A stretch of 64,000 nucleotides of DNA from the human T2T-CHM13v2.0 reference genome, Homo sapiens. Of this stretch, positions 27,739-41,145 are shown piece by piece; the first letter of the stretch is position 1, and the number at the start of each line of letters is the position of its first letter. The stretch lies in assembly GCF_009914755.1 (NCBI RefSeq), contig NC_060928.1. The stretch is one strand, 5' to 3'. The notes under the pieces were generated by a model. The model was not told where the DNA came from and did not search any database. It saw only the letters and a list, made by a program, of their open reading frames with translations. A program made the position numbers and the translations under genes.

Positions 27739-28540
27739 TGGCACATAAGCAGGGAGGGAGCCCTCATTCTCAGAACGCTGAGGAGGGTGACACCCAAGTT
27801 TGTGAGCCAGTGGGGAAGTGGGACATACCTCCCTCCACAGGGCTGGTCTGGGAAGGGTATAGCCTGTCTGCCAACCACAGCCCCTGCCTGAGGCAGCCCA
27901 CAGCCCAGAAGACCTAGCAAAGGAAATGTGAGCGTGGAGCCAGTGATCAGAGAGGGCTCCTCCAAGGCTCAGGATCAGACCAAGTGAGAGGGTCGTCTCT
28001 CTTTTGTCCACAATACACTATTGCCAATGTACCAAAATACAAAAAGTCAAGCAGCTAAGAGCCTATCCATAGGCCATCAGGCTTAAGTTCCACCTACTGG
28101 ATCATAGGCCAAATTACACCACCAAAATATTTTGCCAGTATACAGTGCCTGTGAAAACTCAGGCAAAAATTCAGCCACACATAAAGATTATGTATAGAGT
28201 CTTGGCCCTTGGGCAGCACCTAAAATGAAGCCAACTAACTATACTCAACTTACATAATAGGTAAAGCAACACAGGCCCTCATACAAGAGAAAAAATCAGT
28301 GCAAAATTTCTGGTAACTCAAAAAGCCAGTATGTCCCCTTACCCTCAAACAAACACACTTGTGTCCCAGAAATGATTTTTAACTACATTGAGATGAGTAA
28401 AATGACAGATACAGAATTGAGAATTGGATAACAAGGAAGCTCATCTTGATCCAGGAGACAGTTAAAACCCAATTCGTGAATCCAGTACAATGATCCAAGA
28501 GCTGCAAGATAAAATAGCCTTTTTTAGAAAGAACCATGAT

Positions 28541-28849
28541 GGCCGGGCACGGTGGGTCAGGCCTGTAATCCTAGCACTTTGGGATGCTGAGGCGGGCAGA
28601 TCACCTGAGGTCAGGAGGTCGAGACCACTCTGGCCAACATGGTGAAACCCTATCTTTACTAAAAATACATAAAAAGTAGCTGGATGTAATGGCGGGTGCC
28701 TGTAATCCCAGTTACTCAGGAGGCTGAGGCAAGAGAATCGCTTGAACCTGGGAGTCAGAGGTTGCAGGGAGCCGAGATGGTGCCATTGCACTCCAGGCTG
28801 GGCAACAGAGTGAGACTCCGCCTCAAAAAAAAAAAAAAAAAGAAAAGAA
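28541..28849 (+). mobile_element. AluS (Sx-like)
   Basis: Full Alu with a perfect 15-bp TSD AGAAAGAACCATGAT. Confidence 0.97.
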
Positions 28850-28969
28850 AGAAAGAACCATGATGAACTTCTGGAACTGAAGAATTCACTTCAGGAACTT
28901 CGTAATATAATTGAAAGTATTAACAGCAGAATAGATATAGCAGAGAACACAATTTCAGAGCTTGAAGAC

Positions 28970-29095
28970 TTTTTTGTTTAAATCAAATCAGTCATACAAA
29001 AGTAAAGAAAAAAGAATTTTAAAAATGAACAAAAATGTTTTTTAAATCAAATTAGTCATACAAAAGTAAAGAAAAAATTTTAAAAATGAACAAAA
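28970..29095 (+). repeat. ~62-bp tandem duplication in L1 ORF1
   Basis: tttaaatcaaat(c/t)agtcatacaaaagtaaagaaaaaa...ttttaaaaatgaacaaaa occurs twice. Confidence 0.9.
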
Positions 29096-32000
29096 CTTCT
29101 GAGAAATAAGAGATGATGTAAATATACGAAATCTATGACTATTGGCATTCCTGAAAGAGGAGAGTAAGCAACTTGGAAAACATATTTGAAGATATAGTTC
29201 ATGAAAATTTCCTCAATCTTGCTAGAAAGGAAGACACACAAATTGAAGAAATATAGAGAACCCCTACTAGATACTGTATAAGATGACCATCCCCAAGGTA
29301 CAGAGTTATCAGACTCACCAAAGTAAATGCAAAAAAAAAAAAAAAAAATTCTTAAAGGCAGCTACAAAGGTCAGGTTACCTACAAAGGGAACCCCATCAG
29401 GTTAGCAGCAGACCTCTCAGCAGAAACCTTACAAGACAGAAATTGGTGGGGGGGCAGTTATCAGCACTCTTAAAAAATATATTCCAACCAAAAATCACAT
29501 ATGCTGCCAGACTAAGCTTCATAAGTAAAGGAGAAATTAAATACCTTCATTAAAAAGTTAGAAGGATCTCCAATTCATGATCTAACATTGCACCTAGAGG
29601 AACTAGAAAAAAGAATTCAACCCCAAAGCTAATAGAAGAAAAGAAATGACTAACATTAGAGAAGAATTAAAATTGAGACCAGAAGTCCATAGAGAGGATC
29701 AATAAAACTGAGTTGATTTTTCAAAAGAATAAACAAAATTTATAGACCACTAGCAGATTAATAAATTAGAAAAAGAGAAGATTCAAATAAGCACAATCAG
29801 AAATTACAAAGATGCCAGAGAAATACAATAGATCCCCCAAGACTTATGAACATCTCCATGTACACATATTAGAAAATATAGATTAAAGTGAATAAATTCC
29901 TAAAAACACACAATTTCCCAAGACTGAACTAGAAAGAAAGTGAAAACCTAAATGGACCAATAACAAGTTTCAAAATTAAATTGGTAATAAAAAACCTACC
30001 AACAAAACAGAGCACTGGACTAGATGAATGCACATCCAAATTCTACCAAATGTACAAAGAAGAACTGATACCAATCCTACTGAAACTATTCCAAAAATTT
30101 AAGGAGGGGGGGATACTCCCTAACTCATTCCATTAAGCCAGTATCATCCTGATATGAAAATCTAGCAGAGAGTCACCACAGAAAATGAAAACTTCAGGCT
30201 AATATTCTTGATCAACACAGATGCAAAAATCCTCAACAAGACACTGGCAAACTGAATCCAGCAGCACATCAGAAAATTAATTCACTATAATCAAGTAGGC
30301 TTTATTTCTGGATGAAGCCCTGGTTCAATATACACAAATTAATAAATGTGATTCACCACATAAACAGAATAAAAAAACAAAACCATATGGTCATCTCAAT
30401 AGATGCAGAAAAAGCCTTCATTAAAATCTAACATCCTTTCATGACAAAAAACCCTTGAGAGTGAACGAATTGAAGGAATATGCCTCAAAACAATAAGAGG
30501 CATCTATAACGAACCCACAGCCAGCATCATACTGAATGGGCAAAAGTTGGAACCATTCACCTTGAGAATCAGACCAAGACAAGAATGCCTACTCTCACTA
30601 CTCCTATTCAGTATGGTACTAGAAGTTCTAGCCAGAGCAATCAGCAAGAGAAAGAAATACAAGACATCCAAATAGGAAACGAAGAAGTAAAATTATCTCT
30701 CTTTGCTGATTGTACAATTTTATACTCAGAAAACCCTAAAGACTCTGCCATAAGGCTCCTAGACCTAAAAAGTGATTTCAGTAAAGTTTCAGGATACAAA
30801 ATTAATGTACAAAAATAAGTAGCATTTCTATACACCAACAATGTTCTAGCTGAAAACCAAATTAAGAACACAGGTCTATTCACAATAGCCACAAAAAATG
30901 AAATACTTAGGAATTCATCTAACCACAGAGTTGAAAGATCTCTACAAGAAAACTAAAAATACTGCTGAAAGAAATCAGAGACAACACAAATAAATCAAAA
31001 ATTATTCCATGCTCATGGATTGTAAGAATCAATATTGCTAATATGGCCATACTGCCCAAAGCTACTTACAGATTCAATGCCATTCCTATCAAAAAACCAA
31101 CATCATTTTTCACAGAATAAGAAAAAAAATCTATTCTAAAATTCATATGGAACCAAAAAAGGAGTGTGAATAGTCAAAGAAATCCTACACAAAGAATACA
31201 AAGCCAGAGGCATCATATTACCCAGACTCAGACTATACTTCAAGGCTACAGTAACCAAGACAGCATGGTGCTGGTGCAAATACAGACATACGGACCAATG
31301 AAACAGAACAGAGAACACAGAAGTAAACGTGAATGCCTATAACAATCGAATCTTAAAAAAAAAAAATAGACAAAAACAAGCAATGGGGAAAGAACATCCC
31401 ATTCAATAAATGATTCTGGGATAACTGGCTAGCCATATGCAGAAGAATAAAACTGGACACCTACCCCTATTTATACACAAAAATTAACTCAAGATGGATT
31501 AAAGATTCAAATGTAAGATGTCAAGCTATATAATCCTAGAAGAAAACCTAGGAAATACCCTTCGCAACATTCTAGCTTTGGCAAAGAACTTATGGCTAAA
31601 TCCTGAAAAGCAATTGCAACAAAAACAAAAATTGACAAGTGGAACCTCATTAAACTATACAGAATTTCCACACAGCAAAAGAAATTACCAATAGAGCAAT
31701 CAAATAAGTCCACAGAATGGAAGAATATATTCACATATTATGCACCTGACAAAGATCTCATATCCAGAATCTATAAAGAATTTTAAAAAATCAACAAGCA
31801 AAAAACAAATAATCCAGTTGAAAATGGGCAAAAGACATGAACAGATAGCTCTCAAAAGAAAATATAAAGGCAGCCAATAAACATATAAAAATACTCAACA
31901 TCACCAATTATCAGATAAATGCACATCAAAACCACAATGAGATACCATCTCACACCAGTGAGAATGGCAATTATTTAAAAGTCGAAAAATAACAGATGCT

Positions 32001-33729
32001 ATGGAGGCTGCAGAGAATAAAGAGCACTTACACACTGATGAGGGGAATGCAAACTAATTCAGTCACTGTGGAAAACAGTTTGGAGATTTCTCAAAGAAAT
32101 TGTAATAGAACCTCCATTTAACCCAGCAATCCCACTGCTGGGTATATACCAAAAGGAAAATAACATTCTATCAAAAAGACACATGAACTCATGTGTTCAT
32201 TGCACCACTGTTCACCATAGCAAAGACATGGAATCAATGTAGGTGCCCTTCAACAGTGGACAGGATAGAAAAATGTGATACATGTGCACCATGGAATACT
32301 ACACAACCATAAAAGAGAATGAAATCATGTTCTTTGCAGCAATATGTATGCAGCTGGAGGCCATTATCCTAAGAGAATTAACACAGGAACATAAAGCCAA
32401 AAAATTCATGTTCTCACTTATAAGTGGGAGCTAAATATTGAATACACATCAACATAAAGATGGGAACAATAGGCACTAAGGATTACTAGAAGGGGGAGAG
32501 GGGAGAGAGAACATGGGATGAAAAACTACCTATTGGGTTACTGGGTTCTAGGCTCACTACCAGGGTAACGAGATTATTTGTACTGAAACTTCGGCATCAC
32601 ACAATATAACCAGTAATAAACCTGCACTTGTACTGCTTTAATCTATAATAAAAGTTGAAATTATAAAACAAAATAAAATTCATTCATTCATAAATGTTTT
32701 GTTTTTGACTCTAGGGAGGTCACATGAAGAGAGCCTGCAACTATATTGATAGAAAAAGTTGCTCAGCTGATCTCTGTCATCTAAGTGTCTAGTCATCCTT
32801 GCCAAAGTATCAGGCATTTGAGTGAGACCTTTTTCAGGTTATACAATTACATTTATATTAATACATTTGAAATTTCCATAATAAAATGTTTGCTTTTCAA
32901 AAAGAAAATAATCTAAAATCTTGCCTACCCTTCATTATGTTTATAACGAAGATGTATACCTTCACTAACTAAAGATAAGCTTGAGTGGGGTGCGTGACTT
33001 AGTCATGCATGGGGGAAAAAACTTGCATAAAGTTACAAGTTTCTAGCTGATTCTTAATGGTAATTAAAATATATAGGCCTAAACAATTATCTTGTTAAAT
33101 TTTATAGGTAACATTCAAGAATGCATCAACAATCAGCACTGCAAAATATTCTCTGAGATGCAATGTTCTCTGAGATAAAAATCAACTTTTTATTAGATGA
33201 CTGATGCATCTGCTAATACTATAAAAAGAGAGATATGTGTATAATTTGGCAAATATTAAAAATTAAATTATCTCTATTACAAATCAGAATTCCATTGAAT
33301 ATAAAATTGTTTATACATATATATGCTATATTTTAATATTTATGTATATGTTATATATGCATATATTTAGACACATGTGTATATACATGGATTTTAAATT
33401 TTGCAGGGAGAAAATTTTTTTGCTTGTTTTCTGACAATAGAACACCAGTGTTTTCATCGAGTTTAGGACAAATACAAAAAATTTAGTTTTTCATGTCTAG
33501 GAATATTTTATTTTCTCTCACTTTACTATAGGATGTAGAAACTATTATAACTCATCCATTTTTGTTATTGTTGTTCTTCTTCAATTTTCCTCTGCATCAT
33601 CTAAATTAATCTTATTTTATGAGATCTTGTTTTTTATCAAGTTAATTATTTTTTTAAAAAAGTCAATTTCAGATGGCTCTGGTCAAATCTCTCTCTAAAG
33701 AATGATCTTAAAATGTATCGTTATGATGT

Positions 33730-34687
33730 ATCAGTGGAGGGAGGCTTAGAATGACTGACTCTTGGGAACACCCACACTAAGGGCACAGCAAGACACATCT
33801 TCACCAGGTGAGTGCAATGGGTAACTGACCCACTTAGGAAAGAAACTTTTGTGGCATACATGTGAAAAAACATGGGAAAGTTCAAAATCTTGCCAGGTTT
33901 TCTAGGACTCCATCTGGTTGCATATTATGGCCCGTCCTTGTGCACATTTTAAAACTGATAGGCAAATTATAGCAAGGAAAATTCAGAGCTCAAATGGTCA
34001 ACCTGCAACTATAGAGTTAAGTAAAGCTCTCTATTTCTCTTTCCTTTTTTGCCTGCTTTGAATCTGCTGCTATTAAGCTACTGGTGTTGAGATAAAACAC
34101 ACTGTTTATAGTACTACTAATTTAAGGCTACTTTGAGATTTTGTTTTTCTTACATAGTTCAGCCTGTTCTATCTAAAATGTAAAGATTGGAAACATTTGA
34201 AACTGAAGGAGAAAAGATGAAAAAGAGGTTTTTAAAAATGAAACTGACATGGAAAATGTGCTACTCAAAACTTTGGTACACAGCCTTCATTGGTTTACCT
34301 ATCAGTGAAAACAAAGTTTAGCCATGTGAACAAGACCCAATTTTGTAGAAATAATTTGGATCCACCTGTCTTTTTAAAACTGATTTATAGAAATACGGTG
34401 ACTTGATCTATGTCATCTGAAGTCAGCTGACTAAGAATAAAAAAGTTTCACAACTTCCTCAGAACTTTGCTGGTGCTCACATTTCTGCAGTTGATTGTCA
34501 TTTCTTTAATCCCCTCCTAAGGGAGTCTAAGTTTATACAAACTTAAGTTGGTTCTTTAGGACACTAGACAGCCATATTCTCAGTTTACTGGCTTTCTGAA
34601 TAAAGTTGCTTTCCTTGTTCCAATATCTTGTCCCTTGACTTATTGGCTGTGATGCAGCAAGTGGTATGAGTGTAGACTTGGTTACAA
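33730..34687 (+). mobile_element. ERV1 (MER4-group) internal fragment followed by an ERV1 LTR 3' part
   Basis: ggactccatctggttgcatattatgg...cagagctcaaatggtc gag-like relic, then aataaagttgctttcctt...cttggttaCA LTR end. Confidence 0.55.
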
Positions 34688-35340
34688 TGTAGCTATTAGC
34701 TTAAGACTACAGGCTTTCCCATCCAAGTATAAAATCTTGAATTACTAGAAGCAGTTAGCGTGCACCACTTTTATGAATAGAATAAAGTGTGGTGGTTAAA
34801 CACTAGCTCTTTAACTGGATCATCCAGGTGGACACACTGGGATTCATTGAGGAATCAATGCAACCCACAGAGAACAGAGAAGAGATACGCCAACCACCCA
34901 CCCAGAAGTGGTGTAGAGCCAGGGGAGACCCCTCACTGTGGGGAAATGGTAAATGAGTGACAGGAACTGGGGACCCACACTTCTGCCATGGACCTCTGCA
35001 ACCCTGAACTCAGGAGATCCCCCATGATCCTCCCTGCAATGGGGTCTCCAGACTGACATGGAGAGCTACATGGAGTCTCAGTATAGCTGCCACTCAAGCA
35101 CATGAAAAGTCCCTTTGATCCCTAGGACAACCCACAGCCCCCAGAACAAGCAGCTGCAGATCCAGCAATGAGGGAGGCCAGGCTCCCTTGCACATCCGCA
35201 GGATGGAGGCAGAATCCATGGGGACTGAGCAGCAGATGAACACCAGGTTTCTCCCGGACTGCACCTCTCTGAACAAGGCCAACTGGCCTGGGACCCTAGC
35301 GTGTCCACCCCAGCCCCACCTGAGCTCTCAGGCCAGGAGG

Positions 35341-36500
35341 AGCTCTGTACTTCCCTGAGATGTAGCTCCCAGAGGGAAGCAAGCAGACCACCATTTTTGC
35401 TGCTCCACAGCCCTCACTCCTGTTGTTCTCAGGCTTGGGAGGGAGAGCAATGATTAGGGACTAATGCGGACCCCCAGCACAGTGCAGCTGTCTTATGGAA
35501 AAGCAGCAAAACAGTTTTCCACAGGAGACGTCATCCCTCTACTCCTCACTGGTCAGAGACTCCCAACCTGGAACCCCAGGCACCTCTTATCTGGGATCTC
35601 AGGCTAGTATCAGCTCTGCACTTTCCTGGGACAGAGCTCCCAGAAGTAACAGGCAGACCACTAGTTTTGCTGCTCCACAGCCCTTACTCCTGTTGCCCTC
35701 AGGATTGGGAGGGAGCTCAGTGATTAGAGACTAATGTGGTCCTCCAGCACAGCAAGGATGCCTTATGAAAAAGGAGCCAGACTGTTTTTCTTGTGTGGCT
35801 CCACCCATGCTACTTTTGACTGGGCAGGGCCTCCTGACCTGGGACCCCAGCCACCAGCAACCTGGGCTCTTGAGATGGTAGCAGCTCTGCACTTCCCAGG
35901 GATGGAGCTTCCGGAAATAGCATGCAGGCCATTATTTTTGCTGGTCCACAGTCCTCACTCCTGTTGCATTCAGGCTTGTGAGGGAGGACGGTGACTAGAG
36001 ACTAACACATACTCCCAGCACAGCCCAGCTGCCTCATGGAAAAGAGGCCAGACAGATTCCCACATGGGTCCCTGCCTCTGCTATGCCTCACTGGGCAGGG
36101 CCACTCAACCAGGGCCTCCAGCACAACCACCCTGCCCCCTGCCTGAACACTCGAGTGTGGTGGCTTTGCATTTCTCTGGGGAAGAAATCTCAGAGACAAC
36201 CCACAGTCCCTCTACCACTGCAACTGCAGTGGTACTGCTCTTACTGTCCTTGGGCTGGGTAAGGTACAAAGAACCTGAGAATTTTACCCATACCTCCAGC
36301 AAACCACAGTGATTTTAAGAAGAGGAGGCTAGTCTGTCTCCCCTGTGAGCCCCTTGTCCCCACTGTTTGTCACCAGGCAGGGACCCCCAGCTTGGTTCCA
36401 CAACACAGCCACCCAACCCTGGGCCAACTGTACCAATTGGTAGCAGATCCACATTTCTCTGGGGTGGAGCCCCGAGAGACAAGTGAAACGCCTTCTGCTA
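35341..36500 (+). repeat. ~270-bp tandem units in the L1 5'UTR (3 clear, 2 degenerate)
   Basis: agctctg(t/c)acttcc...ttttgctg(c/g)tccacag...ctcctgttg...gactaa recurs at ~35341, 35612 and 35883. Confidence 0.85.
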
Positions 36501-39500
36501 CAGGCACTACCAAGGTCCCTTCCCCTGCTGCCTCCAAGATGGGGAAGAAACATAAAGCCTGAGCTCACCCTAGGACTGTGGTGTGCAGCCTGGGAGTGCC
36601 AAACTGAGATTTGCAGCCAACACTCAAGTGGGAGAGGAATCGACACTTTCAGAGCACTGAGAGGATGCACAGCTGCAAACATGAAATATGGAGGAGCCGC
36701 ATGGATGAGTAAGAGCCTATCTCCCAGCTATTACACTTAAGCAACATCTACTGGATCACAGCCCAAACTTCAACCCCAAAAATACTTTGCAAATATATTC
36801 CCCATGAAACAAAGGACAAAAATACTGCTACAAATAAAGACCCTAAACAAAGCTTTGGCCCTCTGAACACATCCAGAAATGAAGTCAATGTATTATACTC
36901 AAATACACCACAGTTAAAGGAACATCAGTCCAAAAAGAAGAGAAAGAACCAGTATAAGAACTCTGGCAACTAAAAGTCAACTAAAAGTTGTCATTCCTCC
37001 AAATGACAACTCTACTTCCCTAGCAAGGGTTCTTATCCAGACTGAAATGGCTGAAATTGTAGACACAGAACTCAGAATATGCACAGAAACAAAGATTATT
37101 AAGATTCAAGGAATCTAAAAATTACAATAAAATGATAAAGGAACTGAAAGATGAAATAGTCATTATAATAAATAACCTAACTGAGCTGATAGAGCTGAAA
37201 AACACTATAAGAATTTTGTAATACAATTGCAAGAATTAATAGCAGAATAAAACAAACTGAAGAAAGAACCTCAGAGCTCAAAGACTGGTTCTCTGAACTA
37301 AGTCAGACAAAAATAAAAAAGAATAAATGAAACCTTTAAGAAATATGGATTAGGTAAAGAGACCAAATCTATAACACATTGGTGCTCCTGAAAAAGAGGG
37401 AGAGAGAGTAAGCAACTTGGAAAACATATTTCAGGACACTGTCCCTGAAAATTTCCCAAACCTTGCAAGAAAATTCAATATTCAAATTCACGACTGCAGA
37501 GAACCTCTGTCAGATAATATCCAAGATGACCATTCCCAAGACACATAATAATCAGATTCTCCAAGGTTGACATTAAGGAAAAAAAAAAGACATTAAAGGC
37601 AGCTAGAGAAAAGGATCAGGTCACCTACAAAGGAAAACCCATTAAGCTAACAGTGGACCTTTCAGCAGAAACCCTACAAGTCAGAAGTGATTGGGGGCCT
37701 ATGTTCAGCATTGGCGAGGAAAAGACACTCCAACCAAAAATGTAATATCCAGCAAAACTAAGATTCATAACAAAAGGAGAAATAAGATCCTTTTTGGAGA
37801 AGCAAATACTAAGGGAATCTATCACCACCAGAACTGCCTTACAAGAGGTACTTAAGAAAGTGCTAAATACGAAAATGAAAGATCATTACCAACCACCACA
37901 AAAACAGACTTATGATTATATACCATTGACACTCTGAAACAACCACACAATAAAGTCTGCATAATAATCAGCTAACAACAAAATGACAGGATCAAACCTG
38001 CAAATAACAATATTGACCTTGAATTTAAACAGACTAAATGTTCCCCCCACTCCCCGATTAAAAGGCAGAGCATGACAAGTTGAATGAAGAAGCAAGACTG
38101 AACACTGTACTGTCTTCAAGAGACCTACCTCACATGAAAAGACACCCATGGGCTCAAAGTAAAGGGATGGAGAAAAATCTACCAAGCAAGTGGAAAACAG
38201 ACAAAATCAGGGATTGGCATTCTAATTTCAGAAAAGACAACCTTTAACCAACAACGATCAAAAAGGAAAAAGAAAGGCATTACATAATGATAAAGGTTTC
38301 AATCCAATAAGAAGACCTAATAATCCTAAATATATACGCACCCTACACAGGAGCACCCAGATTCATTAAGCAATTTCTTAGGGATGTATGAAGAGACTCA
38401 GGTAACCACACAATAATAGTGATAGACTTCAACACCCTACTGACAGTATGAGACAAATCATTGAGGCAGAAAACTAACAAAGGTATTTGGGACCTGAAGT
38501 TGACACTTGACCAAACAGATATCCACAGAACACTTCACTCAAAACCAACAGAATATATATTCTTACCTTCACATAGCACATACTCTAAAAAAAAAAAAAC
38601 CTCTAAAATCAACCACACATCCAGACATAAAGCAATCCTCAGCAAATGTAAAGAAACTGAAATTATACCAAACCCACTCTTGAACCACAGAGCAATAAGA
38701 ACAGAAATAAACATTGAGAAAATTTCTCATAGCTACACAATTTGATGGAAATTAAACAATCTCTTCCTGAATGAGTTTTGGGTAAACTATAAAATTAAGA
38801 CAGAAACTAATAATTTTTTTGAAATTGATAAAAACAATGATACAACATACTAGAATATCTGGGACACAGCTAAAGAAGTAATTAGAGGAAAGTTTATACT
38901 GCTAAATGCCCATATCAAAAAGATGTCAAATTAGCAACCTAATGTCACACCTAGAGGAACTAGAGAAACAAGAGCAAACCAACCCAAAAGCTAGCAGAAT
39001 ACAGGAAATAACAAAAATAAAAACTGAACTGAAGGAAGTTGAGACACAAAAAAGACAGAACATCAACATATCCAGGAGTTTGTTTGTTGGGAGAAAAATA
39101 AGATAAACACACTGCTAGCTAGACTATTTGTTTAAAGGAGAAGATCCAAATACACACAATCAGAAATGACAAAGGAGACATTACCACTAAGCCCACGGAA
39201 ATACAAAAATCACTCAAAGACTAATATGAACACCTCCATGCACACAAACTAGAAAAGCTAGAAGCGATGGATAAATATCTGGAAACATAAACCTCCCAAT
39301 ATTGAAGCAGGCAGAAATTGATACCCTGAATGGACCAATAATGAGTTCCAATATTGAATCAATAATAAAAAGCCTACCAAAGAGAAAAGTCCAGGACCAA
39401 ATGAATTCACAGCCAAATTCTACCAGATGTATGAAGAAGAGGTGATACCATTTCTACTGAAACTATTCCAAAAATTGTGAAGGAGAGACTCCTTTTCAAT

Positions 39501-40016
39501 TCATTCTCTGAGGCCAGGTTTATCCTGATTCCAAAACCTTGCGAAGACACAACAAAAAATGAAACTTCAGGCCAATATCCTTGATAAACAGATGTAAAAA
39601 TCCTCAACAAAATACTAGCAAACCAAATCTAGCAGCACATCAAAAAGCTAATACACCATGATCAAGTAGGCTTTATCCCTGGGATGTAAGACTGGTTCAA
39701 CAGATGCAAATCAATAAATGTGATTCACCACATAAACAGAACTAAAAGGAATACCACATGAGCATCTCAATAGATGAAAAAAAAAAGGCTTTTGATGAAC
39801 TTCAACATTCTTTCATGTTAAAAATCCTCAACAACTAGGCATTGAAGGTATATATGTCAAAATCATAAGAGCCATTTATGACAATCCCACAGCCAACATC
39901 ATGCTGAATGAGCAAAAGCTGGAAGCATTCACCTCGAGAAGCAAAACAAGACAAGGATGCCCTCTCTTACCACTCCTATTTAACATAGTACTGGAATTCC
40001 TAGCCAGAGCAATCAG

Positions 40017-40474
40017 GTATGTTTATTGCGGCATTATTCACAATAGCAAAGACTTGGAACCAACCCAAATGTCCAACAATGATAGACTGGATTAAGAAAA
40101 TGTGGCACATATACACCATGGAATACTATGCAGCCATAAAAAATGATGAGTTCATGTCCTTTGTAGGGACATGGATGAAATTGGAAATCATCATTCTCAG
40201 TAAGCTATCGCAAGAACAAAAAATCAAACACCGCATATTCTCACTCATAGGTGGGAATTGAACAATGAGATCACATGGACACAGGAAGGGGAATATCACA
40301 CTCTGGGGACTGTTGTGGGGTGGGGGGAGGGGGGAGGGATAGCATCGGGAGATATACCTAATGCTAGATGACGAGTTAGTGGGTGCAGCGCACCAGCATG
40401 GCACATGTATACATATGTAACTAACCTGCACAATGTGCACATGTACCCTAAAACTTAAAGTATAATAAAAAAAA
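40017..40474 (+). mobile_element. Young 5'-truncated L1 (L1PA2-like), ~450 bp, nested in the older L1
   Basis: gagatcacatggac, ggggaatatcacactc and gatgacGAGttagtggg (GAG, not the L1HS-Ta ACA), with poly(A). Confidence 0.93.
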
Positions 40475-40785
40475 GAGATAAATAAAATGTATCAAAATAA
40501 GAACAGAAGAAGTCAAACTATGTATTTGCAGATGATATAATTCTATAGCTAGAAAATCCTATAGCCTCTGCCCAAAAGCTCCTAGATCTGATAACTTCAG
40601 CAAAGTTTTAGGATACAAAATCAATGTACAAAAATCAGTAGCATTTCTATACACCAAAAACATCCAAGCTGAGAGCCAAATCAAGAATGCAATCCCATTC
40701 ATAATAGCCACAAAACGATAAAATAGAAATACAGCTAATCAGAGAGGTAAAAATATCTCTACAATGAGAATTACAAAACACTGCT

Positions 40786-41145
40786 GGCCGGGCGCGGTGG
40801 CTTACGCCTGTAATCCCAGCACTTTGGGAGGCCGAGGCGGGCGGATCACGAGGTCAGGAGACCGAGACCATCATGGCTAGCACAGTGAAACCCCGTCTCT
40901 ACAAAAACTACAAAAAATTAGCCGGGCGAGGTGGCGGGCGCCTGTAGTCCCAACTACTCGGGAGGCTGAGGCAGGAGAATGGCGTGAACCCCCGGGGGGC
41001 GGAGCCTGCAGTGAGCCGAGATTGCGCCGCTGCACTCCAGCCTGGACGAACTGCACTCCAGCCTGGACGAACTGCACTCCAGCCTGGGCGACAGCGAGAC
41101 TCCGTCTCAAAACAAAACAAAACAAAACAAAACAAAACAAAAAAA
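40786..41145 (+). mobile_element. AluYe-lineage (Ye5-like) element with an internal 21-bp triplication
   Basis: gggcgaggtggcgggcg and ccccggggggcggagcctgcag diagnostics, CpG-rich, (CAAAA)n tail. Confidence 0.9.

Larger units (their letters stand above)
26175..32674 (+). mobile_element. LINE-1 (L1PA15-16-like) with both ends present and an internal deletion
   Basis: TSD AAAATTCATTCATT(TG/CA)TA at 26157-26174 and 32675-32692, caagatgg near the 5' end, ORF1 and ORF2 remnants, 3' end ctataataaaagttgaaatt. Confidence 0.92.

Noticed and set aside
26858-28011. GC-richer ORFs of 130-160 aa here and at 34844-36740
   Set aside because: They lie in L1 5'UTR tandem repeats and resemble no protein I recognise.
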